Positions 29,201 to 41,400 are shown, numbered from the stretch's first letter. The stretch is DNA of 64,000 nt from Camelus dromedarius (GCF_036321535.1 NC_087436.1:3286001-3350000), one strand, 5' to 3'. The notes: generated from the letters alone by a model not told the origin. Program-made: numbers and translations.

Positions 29201-30610
29201 GGCTTTCACACACACGTATCTCTCAGAATTGAGCATGTGGAGAGACGTTCGTTCATCTAGCACAAAGGGAACGGGTTGCAGGAGAAACTTTTACTCTGGT
29301 TTCTCAGTCTGTTTCCTACTGCTGGTTTGAAGTTCCAGCAGTTTTCACTGTAAAACAGAGTTGGAACTAGTACCTCCCCATATATATGTATGGAGTGTAG
29401 TTTGCAACTGGAAAGAAATTTGTGTTCCCAACAAGTTAGGTGAAGGACGGGTTTCATACTCACTTATCTCTAAGAACTTAGCATGTGTAGAGACGTTCGT
29501 TCATCTAGCACAAAGGGAACGGTTTGCAGGGAAAACCTTTTCTCTGGTTTCTTATTCTGTTTCCTACATCCGGTTTGAAATTCCTGCCGTTTTCACTATA
29601 AAACCGAGTTGGAAATAGTATCTCCCCATATATATGTATGGAGTGGATTTAGCAACTGACAAGAAACTTTGTGTTCCCAACAAGCTAGGAGACGGACGGC
29701 TTTCACACACACTTATCGCTCAGAACTGAGCATGTGGAGAGACGTTCGTTCATCTAGCACAAAGGGAACGGGTTGCAGGAGAAACTTTTACTCTGGTTTC
29801 TCAGTCTGTTTCCTAGTGCCGGTTTGAAGTTCCTGTAGTTTTCACTGTAAAAGCGAGTTGGAGCTTGTACCTACCCATAAATATGTTTGGAGTGGAGTTT
29901 GCAACTGAAAAGATACTTTGTGTTCCCAAAAAGGTAGGTGAAGGACGGCTTTCACACACACTTATTTCTCAGAACTGAGCATGTGGAGAGACGTTCGTTC
30001 ATCTAGCACAAAGGGAACGGGTTGCAGGAGAAACTTTTACTATGGTTTCTCAGTCTGTTTCCTAGTGCCGGATTGAATTTCCTGCAGTTTTCACTGTAAA
30101 ACCGAGTTGGAGCTAGTACCTCCCCATATATATATATATGGAGTAGAATTTGCAACTGAAAAGAATCTTTGTGTTCCCAACAATCTAGGTGAAGGACGGC
30201 ATTCACACACACTTATCTCTCAGAATTGAGCAAGTGGAGAGACGTTCGTTCATCTAGCACAAAGGGAACGGGTTGCAGGAGAAACATTTTCTCTGGTTTC
30301 TCAGTCTGTTTCCTAGTGCCGGTTTGAAGTTCCTGCAGTTTTCACTGTAAACCGAGTTGGAGCTAGTACCTCCCCATATATATGTATGGATTGGAGTTTG
30401 CAACTGAAAAGAAACTTTGTGTTCCCAGGAAGCTAGGTGAAGGACGGCTTTCACACACACTTATCTCTCAGAACTGAGCATGTGGAGAGACGTTCGTTCA
30501 TCTAGCACAAAGGGAACGGGTTGCAGGAGAAACTTTTACTCTGGTTTCTCAGTCTGTTTCCTAGTGCCGGTTTGAAGTTCCTGCAGTTTTCACTGTAAAA
30601 CCGAGTTGGA
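24370..30610 (+). repeat. ~11-monomer block duplicated at 14-monomer offset (3480 bp): ~24370-27130 vs ~27850-30610
   Basis: CTTTTGATGT at 24601/28081 and ACGTTAGTTC at 24771/28251. ORF pairs 25032/28512, 25777/29257, 26523/30003 and 26774/30254 are all offset 3480. Confidence 0.92.
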
Positions 30611-30679
30611 GCTAGTACCTCCCCATATATATGTATGGAGTGGAGTTTGCAACTGAAAAGAAACTTTGTGTTCCCAACA
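30431..30679 (+). repeat. Reference monomer matching my array consensus (249 bp, circularly permuted)
   Basis: AGCTAGGTGAAGG starts at 30431 and again at 30680; I see no deviation from the consensus over 30431-30708. Confidence 0.9.
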
Positions 30680-32559
30680 AGCTAGGTGAAGGACGGCTTT
30701 CACACACAATTATCTCTCAAAACTGAGCATGTGGAGAGACGTTCGTTCATCTAGCACAAAAGGAACGGGTTGCAGGAGAAACTTTTACTCTGGTTTCCCA
30801 GTCTGTTTCCTAGTGCCGGTTTGAAGTTCCTGCAGTTTTCACTGTAAAACAGAGTTGGAGCTTGTACCTCCCCATATATATGTATGGAGTGGAGTTTGCA
30901 ACTGAAAAGAAACTTTGTGTTCCCAACAAGCTAGGTGAAGGACGGCTTTCATACTCACATATCTCTCAGAACTGAGCATTTGTATAGACGTTCGTTCATC
31001 TAGCACAAAGGGAACGGTTTGCAGGGGAAACTTTTACTCTGGTTTCTTAGTCTGTTTCCTAATTCCGGTTTGAAATTCCTGCAGTTTTCACTGTAAAACC
31101 GAGTTGGAGCTAGTACCACCCCATATATATGTATGGAGTGGAGTTTGCTACTGTAAAGTAACTTTGTGTTCCCAACAACCTAGGAGAAGGACGGCTTTCA
31201 CACACACTTATCGCTCAGAACTGAGCATGTGGAGAGACGTTCGTTCATCTAGCACAAAGGGAACGGGTTGCAGGAGAAACTTTTACTCTGGATTCTCAGT
31301 CTGTTTCCTAGTACCGGTTTGAAGTTCCTGCAGTATTCACTGTAAAACAGAGTTTGAGCTATTACATCCCCATATATATGTATGGAGAGGAATTTGCAAC
31401 TGAAAAGAAAGTTTGTGTTCGAAACAAGCTAGGTGAAGGACGGCTTTCACACACACTTATCGCTCAGAACTGAGCATGTGGAGAGACGTTCGTTCATCTA
31501 GCATAAAGGGAACGGGTTGCATGATAAACTTTTACTCTGGTTTCTCAGTCTGTTTCCAAGTGCCGGTTTGAAGTTCCTGAAGATTTCACTGTAAAACCGA
31601 GCTGTAGCTAGTACCTCTCCATATATATGTATGGATTGGAGTTTGCAACTGAAAAGAAACTTCGTGTTCCCAACAAGCTAGGTGAAGTGCGGCTTTCACA
31701 CACACTTATCTCTCAGAACTGAGCATGTGGAGAGACGTTCGTTCATCTAGCACAAATGAAACGGTTAGCAGGAGAAACTCCTACTCTCTTTTCCCAGTCT
31801 GTTTCCTAGTGCTGATTTGAAGTACCTGCAGTTTTCACTGTAAAACCGAGTTGGAGCTAGTACCTACCCATATATATGTATGGATTGGAGTTTGCAAGTG
31901 AAAAGAATCTTTGTCTTCCAAACAAGCTAGGTAAAGAAAGGCTTTCACACAGAATTATCTCTCAGAACTGAGCATGTGGAGAGACGTTCGTTCATCTAGC
32001 ACAAAGGGAACGGGTTGCAGGAGAAACTATTACTCCGGTTTCCCAGTCTGTTTCCTAGTGCCGATTTGAAGTTCCTGCAGTTTTCACTGTAAAACCGAGT
32101 TGGAGCTAGTACCTACCAATATATATGTATGGATTGGAGTTTGCAAGTGAAAAGAAACTTTGTGTTCCCAACAAGCTAGGTGAAGGACGGCTTTCACACA
32201 CACTTATCTCTCAGAACTGAGCATGTGGAGAGACGTTCGTTCATCTAGCAAAAAGGGAACGGGTTGCAGGAGAAACTTTTACTCTGGTTTCTCAGTCTGT
32301 TTCCTAATGCCGGTTTGAAATTCCTGCAGGTTTCACTGTAAAACCGTGTTGGAGCTAGTACCTCCCCATATATATATATGGAGTGGTGTTTGCAACTTAA
32401 AAGAAACTTTGTGTTCCCAACAAGCTAGGTGAAGGACGGCTTTCACACACACTTATATCTCAGAACTGAGCATGTGGAGACACATTCGTTCATCTAGCAC
32501 AAATGGAACGGTTTGCAAGAGAAACTTTTATTCTGGTTTCTCAGTCTGTTTCCTAGTGC

Positions 32560-33790
32560 CGGTTTGAAGTTCCGGCATTTTTCACGGTAAAACCGTGTTG
32601 GAGCTAGTACCTCCCCATATATATGTATGGAGTGGAGTTTGCAACTGAAAAGAAACTTTGTGTTCCCAACAAGCTAGGTGAAGGACGGTTTTCACACACA
32701 CTTATCTCTCAGAACTGAGCATGTGGAGAGACGTTCGTTCATCTAGCACAAAGGGAACGGTTTGCAGGAGAAACTTTTAATCTGGTATCTCAGTCTGGTT
32801 CCTAGTGCCGGTTTGAAGTTCCTGCAGTTTTCACTGTAAAATCGAGTTTGATCTAGTAAATCCCCATAAATATGTATGGAGTGGAGTTTGCAACTGAAAA
32901 GATACTTTGTGTTCCCAAAAAGCTAGTTGAAGGACGGTTTTCACACACACTTATTTCTCAGAACTGAGCATGTGGAGAGACGTTCGTTCATCTAGCACAA
33001 AGGGAAAGGTTTGCAGGAGAAACTTTTACTCTGGTTTCTCAGTCTGTTTCCTATTGCCCTTTTGAAGTTCCTGCAGTATTCACTGTAAAACCGAGTTGGT
33101 GCTAGTACCTCCCCATATATATGTATGGAGTGGAGTTTGCAACTGAAAAGAAACTTTTTGTTCCTAACAAGCTAGGTGAAAGACGGCTTTCACACACACT
33201 TATCTCTAAGAACTGAGCATGTGGAGAGACGTTCGTTCATCTAGCACAAAGGGAACGGGTTGCAGGAGAAACTTTTACTCTGGTTTCTCAGTCTGTTTCC
33301 TAGTGCCGGTTTGAAGTTCCGGCATTTTTCACGGTAAAACCGTGTTGGAGCTAGTACCTCCCCATATATATGTATGGAGTGGAGTTTGCAACTGAAAAGA
33401 AACTTTGTGTTCCCAACAAGCTAGGTGAAGGACGGTTTTCACACACACTTATCTCTCAGAACTGAGCATGTGGAGAGACGTTCGTTCATCTAGCACAAAG
33501 GGAACGGTTTGCAGGAGAAACTTTTAATCTGGTATCTCAGTCTGGTTCCTAGTGCCGGTTTGAAGTTCCTGCAGTTTTCACTGTAAAATCGAGTTTGATC
33601 TAGTAAATCCCCATAAATATGTATGGAGTGGAGTTTGCAACTGAAAAGATACTTTGTGTTCCCAAAAAGCTAGTTGAAGGACGGTTTTCACACACACTTA
33701 TTTCTCAGAACTGAGCATGTGGAGAGACGTTCGTTCATCTAGCACAAAGGGAAAGGTTTGCAGGAGAAACTTTTACTCTGGTTTCTCAGT
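32560..33790 (+). repeat. Two-monomer block duplicated at 3-monomer offset (747 bp)
   Basis: TCCGGCATTTTTCACGG, CAGTCTGGTTCC, GAGTTTGATCTAGTAAATCC and GGAAAGGTTTGCAGG occur at ~32570-33020 and again at ~33317-33767. Confidence 0.88.
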
Positions 33791-34699
33791 CTTTTTCCTA
33801 CTGCTGGTTTGAAGTTCCTGCAGTTTTCACTGTTAAACAGAGTTGGAACTAGTACCTCCCCATATATATGTATTGAGTGTAGTTTGCAACTGGAAAGAAA
33901 TTTGTGTTCCCAACAAGTTAGGTGAAGGACGGGTTTCATACTCACTTATCTCTAAGAACTGAGCATGTGTAGAGACGTTCGTTCATCTAGCACAAATGGA
34001 AAGGGTTGCAGGAGAAACTTTTACTCTGGTTTCTCAGTCTGTTTCCTAGTGCCGGTTTGAAGTTCCTGCAGTTTTCACTATAAAACCGAGTTGGAGCTAC
34101 TACCTCCCCATTTATATGAATGGAGTGGAGTTAGCAAGTGAAAAGAAACTTTGTGTTCCCAACAAGCTAGGTGAAGGACGGCTTTCAAACACACATATCT
34201 CTCAGAACTGAGCATGTGGAGAGAAGTTCGTTCATCTAGCACAAAGGGAACGGGTTGCAGGAGAAATTTTTCTCTGGTTTCTCAGTCTGATTCCTAGTGC
34301 CAGTTTGAAGTTCCTGCAGTTTTCACTGTAAAACCGAGTTGGAACTAGTATCTCCCCATATATATGTACGGAGTGGAGTTTGCAAGTGAAAAGAAACTTT
34401 GTGTTCCCAACAAGCTAGGTGAATTACGGCTTTCACACACAGTTATCTCTCAGAACTGAGCATGTGGAGAGACTTTCGTTCATCTAGCACAAAGGGCACG
34501 GGTTGCAGGAGTAACTTTTACTCTGGTTTCTCAGTCTGTTTCCTAGTGCCGGATTGAAGTTCCTGCAGTTTTCACTGTCAAACCGAGTTGGAGCTAGTAC
34601 CTCCCCTTATATATGTATGGAGTGGAGTTTGCAAGTGAAAAGAAACTTTGTGTTCAAAAGAAGCTAGCTGAAGGACGGCTTTCACACACACTTATCTCT

Positions 34700-37600
34700 C
34701 AGAACTGAGCATGTGGAGAGACGTTCGTTCATCTAGCACAAATGGAACGGGTTGCAGGAGAAACTTTTACTCTGGTTTCTCAGACTGTTTCCCAGTGCCG
34801 GTTTGAAGTTCCTGCATTTTTCACTGTAAAACCGAGTTGGAGCTTGTACCTCCCCATATATATGAATGGAATTGGAGTTTGCAACTGAAAAGAATCTTTG
34901 TGTTCCCAACAAGCTAGGTGAAGGACGGCTTTCACACACACATATCTCTCAGAACTGAGCATTTGGAGAGACGTTCGTTCATCTCGCATAAAGGGAACGG
35001 GTTGCAGGAGAAACTTTTACTCTGGTTTCTCAGACTGTTTCCTAGTGCCGGTTTTAAGTTCCTGCAGTTTTCACAGTAAAAACGACTTGGAGCTAGTACC
35101 TCCCCATATATATGTACGGAGTGGAGTTTGCAAGTGAAAAGAAACTTTGTGTTCCCAGGAAGCTAGGTGAAGGACGGCTTTCACACACACTTATCTCTCA
35201 GAACTGAGCATGTGGAGAGACGTTCGTTCATCTAGCACAAAGGGAACGGGATGCAGGAGAAATTTTTACTCTGGTTTCTCAGTCTGTTTCCCAGTGCCGG
35301 TGTGAAATTCCTGCAATTTTCACTGTAAACCGAGTTGGAGCTAGTACCTCCGCATATATATGTATGGAGTGGAGTTTGCAAGTGAAAAGAATCTTTGTGT
35401 TCCCAAGAAGCAAGGTGAAGGACGGCTTTCACACACACTTATCTCTCAGAACTGAGCATGTGGAGAGACGTTCGTTCATCTAGCACAAAGGGAACGGGTT
35501 GCAGGAGAAATTTTACTCTGGTTTCTCAGTCTGTTTCCCAGTGCCGGTTTCAAGTTCCTGCAGTTTTCACTGTAAAACCGAGTTGGAGCTAGAACCTCCC
35601 AATATATCTGTATGGAGTGGAGTTTGCTAGTGAAAAGGAACTTTGTGTTCCCAACAAGCTAGGTGAAGGACGGCTTTCAAACACACTTATCTCTCAGAAC
35701 TGAGCATGTGGAGAGACGTTCGTTCATCTAGCACAAAGGGAACGGGTTGCAGGAGATACTTTTACTCTGGTTTCTCAGTCTGTTTCCTAGTGCCGTTTTG
35801 AAGTTCCTGCATTTTTCACTGTAAAACCGAGTTGGAGCTTGTACCTCCCCATATATATGAATGGAATTGGAGTTTGCAACTGAAAAGGATCTTTGTGTTC
35901 CCAACAAGCTAGGTGAAGGACGGCTTCCAAACGCAACTATGTCTAGAAATGAGCATGTGGAGAGACGTTCGTTCATCTAGCACAAAGTGAACGGGTTGCA
36001 GGGGAAACTTTTACTCTGGATTCTCAGTCTGTTTCCTAGTACCGGTTTGAAGTTCTTGCAGTATTCACTGTAAAACACAGTTGGTGCTAGTACCTCCCCG
36101 TATATATTTATGAAGTGGAGTTTGCAACTGAAAAGAAACTTTGTGTTCCCAACAAGATATGTGAAGGACGGCTTTCACACACACTTATCTCTCAGAACTG
36201 AGCATGTGGAGAGACGTTCGTTCATCTAGCACAAAGGGAATGGATTGCAGGAGAAACTTTTACTCTGGTTTCTCAGTCTGTTTCTTAGTGCCGGTTTGAA
36301 GTTCCTGCAGGTTTCATTGTAAAACCGAGTTGGAGCTAGTACCTCCCCATATATATGTATGGAGTGGAGTTTGCAACAGAAAAGAAACTTTGTGTTCCCA
36401 ACAAGCTAGGTGAAGGACGGCTTTAACACACACTTATCTCTCAGAACTGATCATGTGGAAAGACGTTCGTTCATCTAGCACAAAAGGAACGGGTTACAGG
36501 AGAAACTTTTACTCTGGTTTGTCAGTCTGTTTCCTAGTGCCGGTTTGAAGATCCTGCAGTTTTCACTGTAAAACCGAGTTGGAGCTAGTACCTCCCCATA
36601 TATATGTATGGAGTGGAGTTTGCAAGTGAAAAGGAACTTTGTGTTCCCAAGAAGCTAGGTGAAGGACGGCTTTCAAACACACTTATCTCTCAGAACTGAG
36701 CATGTGGGGAGACGTTCGTTCATCTAGCACAAAGGGAACGAGTTGCAGGAGAAATTTTTACTCTGGTTTCTCAGTCTGTTTCCCAGTGCCGGTTGGAAGT
36801 TCCTGCATTTTTCACTGTAAAACCGAGTTGGAGCTTTTACCTCCCCATATATATGAATGGAATTGGAGTTTGCAACTGAAAAGAATCTTTGTGTTCCCAA
36901 CAAGCTAGGTGAGGGACGGCTTTCACACACACTTATCTCTCAGAACTGAGCATGTGGAGAGACGTTCGTTCATCTAGCACAAAGGGAATGGATTGCAGGA
37001 GAAACTTTTACTCCTGTTTCTCAGTCTGTTTCCTAGTGCCGGTTTGAAGTTCCTGCAGTTTTCACTGTAAAACCGAGTTGGAGCTAGTACCTCCCCATAT
37101 ATATGTATGGAGTGGAGTATGCAAGTGAAAAGAAACTTTGTGTTCCCAACAAGCTAGGTGAAGGACGGCTTTCACACACAGTTATCTCTCAGAACTTAGC
37201 ATTTGGAGAGACGTTCGTTCATCTAGCACAAATTGAACGGGTTGCAGGAGAAACTTTTACTCTGGATTCTCTGTCTGTTTCCCAGTGCCGGTTGGAAGTT
37301 CCTGCATTTTTCACTGTAAAACCGAGTTGGAGCTAGTACCTCCCCATATATATGTATGGAGTGGAGTTTGCAAGTGAAAAGGAACTTTGTGTTCCCAAGA
37401 AGCTAGGTGAAGGACGGCTTTCAAACACACTTATCTCTCAGAACTGAGCATGTGGGGAGACGTTCGTTCATCTAGCACAAAGGGAACGAGTTGCAGGAGA
37501 AACTTTTACTCTGGTTTCTCAGTCTGTTTCCCAGTGCCGGTTGGAAGTTCCTGCATTTTTCACTGTAAAACCGAGTTGGAGCTTGTACCTCCCAATATAT

Positions 37601-40600
37601 ATGAATGGAATTGGAGTTTGCAACTGAAAAGAATCTTTGTGTTCCCAACAAGCTAGGTGAGGGACGGCTTTCACACACACTTATCTCTCAGAACTGAGCA
37701 TGTGGAGAGACGTTCGTTCATCTAGCACAAAGGGAATGGATTGCAGGAGAAACTTTTACTCTGGTTTCTCAGTCTGTTTCCTAGTGCCGGTTTGAAGTTC
37801 CTGCAGTTTTCACTGTAAAACCGAGTTGGAGCTAGTACCTCCCCATATATATGTATGGAGTGGAGTATGCAAGTGAAAAGAAACTTTGTGTTCCCAACAA
37901 GCTAGGTGAAGGACGGCTTTCACACACAGTTATCTCTCAGAACTTAGCATTTGGAGAGACGTTCGTTCATCTAGCACAAATTGAACGGGTTGCAGGAGAA
38001 ATTTTACTCTGGATTCTCTGTCTGTTTCCCAGTGCCGGTTGGAAGTTCCTGCATTTTTCACTGTAAAACCGAGTTGGAGCTTGTACCTCCCCATATATAT
38101 GAATGGAATTGGAGTTTGCAACTGAAAAGGATCTTTGTGTTCCCAACAAGCTAGGTGAAGGACGGCTTTCACACGCAACTATGTCTAGAAATGAGCATGT
38201 GGAGAGACGTTCGTTCATCTAGCACAAAGTGAACGGGTTGCAGGGGAAACTTTTACTCTGGATTCTCAGTCTGTTTCCTAGTACTGGTTTGAAGTTCTTG
38301 CAGTATTCACTGTAAAACACAGTTGGTGCTAGTACCTCCCCGTATATATGTATGAAGTGGAGTTTGCAACTGAAAAGAAACTTTGTGTTCCCAACAAGAT
38401 ATGTGAAGGACGGCTTTCACACACACTTATCTCTCAGAACTGAGCATGTGGAGAGACGTTCGTTCATCTAGCACAAAGGGAACGGGTTGCAGGAGAAATT
38501 TTACTCTGGTTTCTCAGTCTGTTTCCCAGTGCCTGTTTGAAGTTTCTGCAGTTTTCACTGTAAAACCGAGTTGGAGCTAGTACCTCCCCATATATATGTA
38601 TGGAGTGGAGTTTGCAAGTGAAAAGGAACTTTGTGTTCCCAAGAAGCTAGGTGAAGGACGGCTTTCAAACACACTTATCTCTCAGAACTGAGCATGTGGG
38701 GAGACGTTCGTTCATCTAGCACAAAGGGAACGGGTTGCAGGAGAAACTTTTACTCTGGTTTTTCAGTCTGTTTCCCAGTGCCGGTTGGAAGTTCCTGCAT
38801 TTTTCACTGTAAAACCGAGTTGGAGCTTGTACCTCCCCATATATATGAATGGAATTGGAGTTTGCAACTGAAAAGAATCTTTGTGTTCCCAACAAGCTAG
38901 GTGAGGGACGGCTTTCACACACACTTATCTCTCAGAACTGAGCATGTGGAGAGACGTTCGTTCATCTAGCACAAAGGGAATGGATTGCAGGAGAAACTTT
39001 TACTCTGGTTTCTCAGTCTGTTTCCTAGTGCCGGTTTGAAGTTCCTGCAGTTTTCACTGTAAAACCGAGTTGGAGCTAGTACCTCCCCATATATATGTAT
39101 GGAGTGGAGTATGCAAGTGAAAAGAAACTTTGTGTTCCCAACAAGCTAGGTGAAGGACGGCTTTCACACACAGTTATCTCTCAGAACTTAGCATTTGGAG
39201 AGACGTTCGTTCATCTAGCACAAATTGAACGGGTTGCAGGAGAAACTTTTACTCTGGATTCTCTGTCTGTTTCCTAGTACAGGTTTGAAGTTCCTGCAGT
39301 ATTCACTGTAAAACAGAGTTGGAGCTAGTACATCCCCATATATATGTATGGAGTGGAGTTTGCAAGTGAAAAGAAACTTTGTGTTCCCAACAAGCTATGT
39401 GAAGGACGGCTTTCACACACACTTATCTCTCAGAACTGAGCATGTGGAGAGACGTTCTTTCATCTAGCACAAAGGGAACGGGTAGCAGTTGAAATTTTTA
39501 ATCTGGTATCTCAGTATGTTTCCTAGTGCCTGTTTGAATTTCCCGCAGTTTTCACTATAAAACAGAGTTGGAGCTAGTACTTACCCATATATATGTATGG
39601 AGTGGAATTTGCAACTGAAAAGAATGTTTGTTTTCCCAACAAGCTAGGTGAAGGCCGGCTTTCACACACACTTATCTCTCAGAACTGAGCATGTGGAGAG
39701 ACGTTCGTTCATCTAGCATAATGGGAACGGGTTGCAGGAGAAACTTTTACTCTGGTTTCTCAGTCTGTTTCCTAGTGCCGGTTTGAAGTTCCTGCAGTTT
39801 TCACTGTAAAAACGAGTTGGAGCTTGTTCCTCCCCATATATATGTACGGAGTGGAGTTTGCAAGTGAAAAGAAACTTTGTGTTCCCAAGAAGTTAGGTGA
39901 ATGACGGCTTTCACACACACTTATCTCTCAGAACTGAGCATGTGGAGAGACGTTCGTTCATCTAGCACAAAGGGAACGGGATGCAGGAGAAATTTTACTC
40001 TGGTTTCTCAGTCTGTTTCCCAGTGCCGGTTTGAAGTTCCAGCAGTTTTCACTGTAAAACCGAGTTGGAGCTTGTAGCTCCCCATATATATGAATGGAAT
40101 TGGAGTTTGCAACTGAAAAGAATCTTTGTGTTCCCAACAAGCTAGGTGAAGGACGGCTTTCACACACACATAACTCTCAGAAATTAGCATGTGGAGAGAC
40201 GTTCCTTCATCTAGCACAAAGGGAATGGATTGCAGGAGAAAATTTTACTCTGGTTTCTCAGTCTGTTTCCTAGTGCCGGTTTGAAGTACCTGCAGTTTTC
40301 AGTGTAAAACCGAGTTGGAGCTAGTACCTCCCCATATATATTTATGGAGTGGAGTTTGCAACAGAAAAGGAACTTTGTGTTCCCAACAAGCTAGGTGAAG
40401 GACGGCTTTCACACACACTTATCTCTCAGAACTGAGCATGTGGAGAGACGTTCGTTCTTCTAGCACAAAGGGAACGGGTTGCAGTAGAAACTTTTACTCT
40501 GGTTTCTCAGTCTGTTTCCTAGTGCCGGTTTGAAGTTCCTGCAGTTTTCACTGTAAAACCGAGTTGGAGCTAGTACCTCCCCATATATATGTATGGAGTG

Positions 40601-41400
40601 GTGTATACAAGTGAAAAGCAACTTTGTGTTCCCAACAAGCTAGGTGAAGGACGGCTTTCACACACAGTTATCTCTCAGAACTTAGCATGTGGAGAGACGT
40701 TCTTTCATCTAGCACAAAGGGAACGGGTTGCAGGAGAAACTTTTACTCTGGTTTCTCAGTCTCTTTCCTAGTGCCGGTTTGAAGTTCCTGCAGTTTTCAC
40801 TGTAAACCGAGTTGGACCTAGTACCTCCCCATATATATGTATGGAGTGGAATATGCAAGTGAAAAGGAACTTTGTGTTCCCAACAAGCTAGGTGAAGGAC
40901 GGCTTTCACACACACTTATCTCTCAGAACTGAGCATGTGGAGAGACGTTCGTTCATCTAGCACAAAGGGAACGGGTTGCAGGAGAAACTTTTACTCTGGG
41001 TTCTCAGTCTGTTTCCTAGTGCCGGTTTGAAGTTCCTGCAGTTTTCACTGTAAAAACGTGTTGGAGCTAGTACCACCCCATATATATATACGGAGTGGAG
41101 TTTGCAAGTGAAAAGAAACTTTGTGTTCCCAAGAAGCTAGGTGAAGGACGGATTTCACACACACTTATCTCTCAGAACTGAGCATGTGGAGAGACGTTTG
41201 TTCATCTAGCACAAAGGGAACGGGTTGCAGGAGAAATTTTACTCTGGTTTCTCAGTCTGTTTCCCAGTGCCGGTGTGAAGTTCCTGCAATTTTCACTGTA
41301 AAACCGAGTTGGAGCTAGTACGTCCCCATATATATGTATGGAGTGGTGTTTGCAAATGAAAATGAACTTTGTGTTCCCAAGAAGCTAGGTGAAGGACGGC
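34700..41400 (+). repeat. Variant sub-family domain (TTTCCCAGTGCC; GAATGGAATTGGAG +1 bp monomers) containing a 3-mer repeat at ~36560-37308, ~37308-38056 and ~38555-39275
   Basis: The +1 marker ATGAATGGAATTGGAG occurs at ~34862, 35857, 36853, 37601, 38099, 38845 and 40090, and I did not see it elsewhere. ORF offsets 36702/37450/38694 are 748 and 1244. Confidence 0.85.

Larger units (their letters stand above)
9180..30610 (+). repeat. Underlying 15/16-monomer higher-order repeat (period 3979 bp in its 16-mer form)
   Basis: The ordered series of marker monomers recurs: 11106->15085, 21798->25777 and 22544->26523 are all offset 3979. Confidence 0.8.

Noticed and set aside
30492..30521. Functional CENP-B box
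   Set aside because: TTCG and CGGG are 20 nt apart rather than 7; the consensus does not match NTTCGNNNNANNCGGGN.
30625..30632. TATA-box-like ATATATAT in every monomer
   Set aside because: It is a short (TA)n tract within the satellite with no associated gene; there is no basis for a promoter call.
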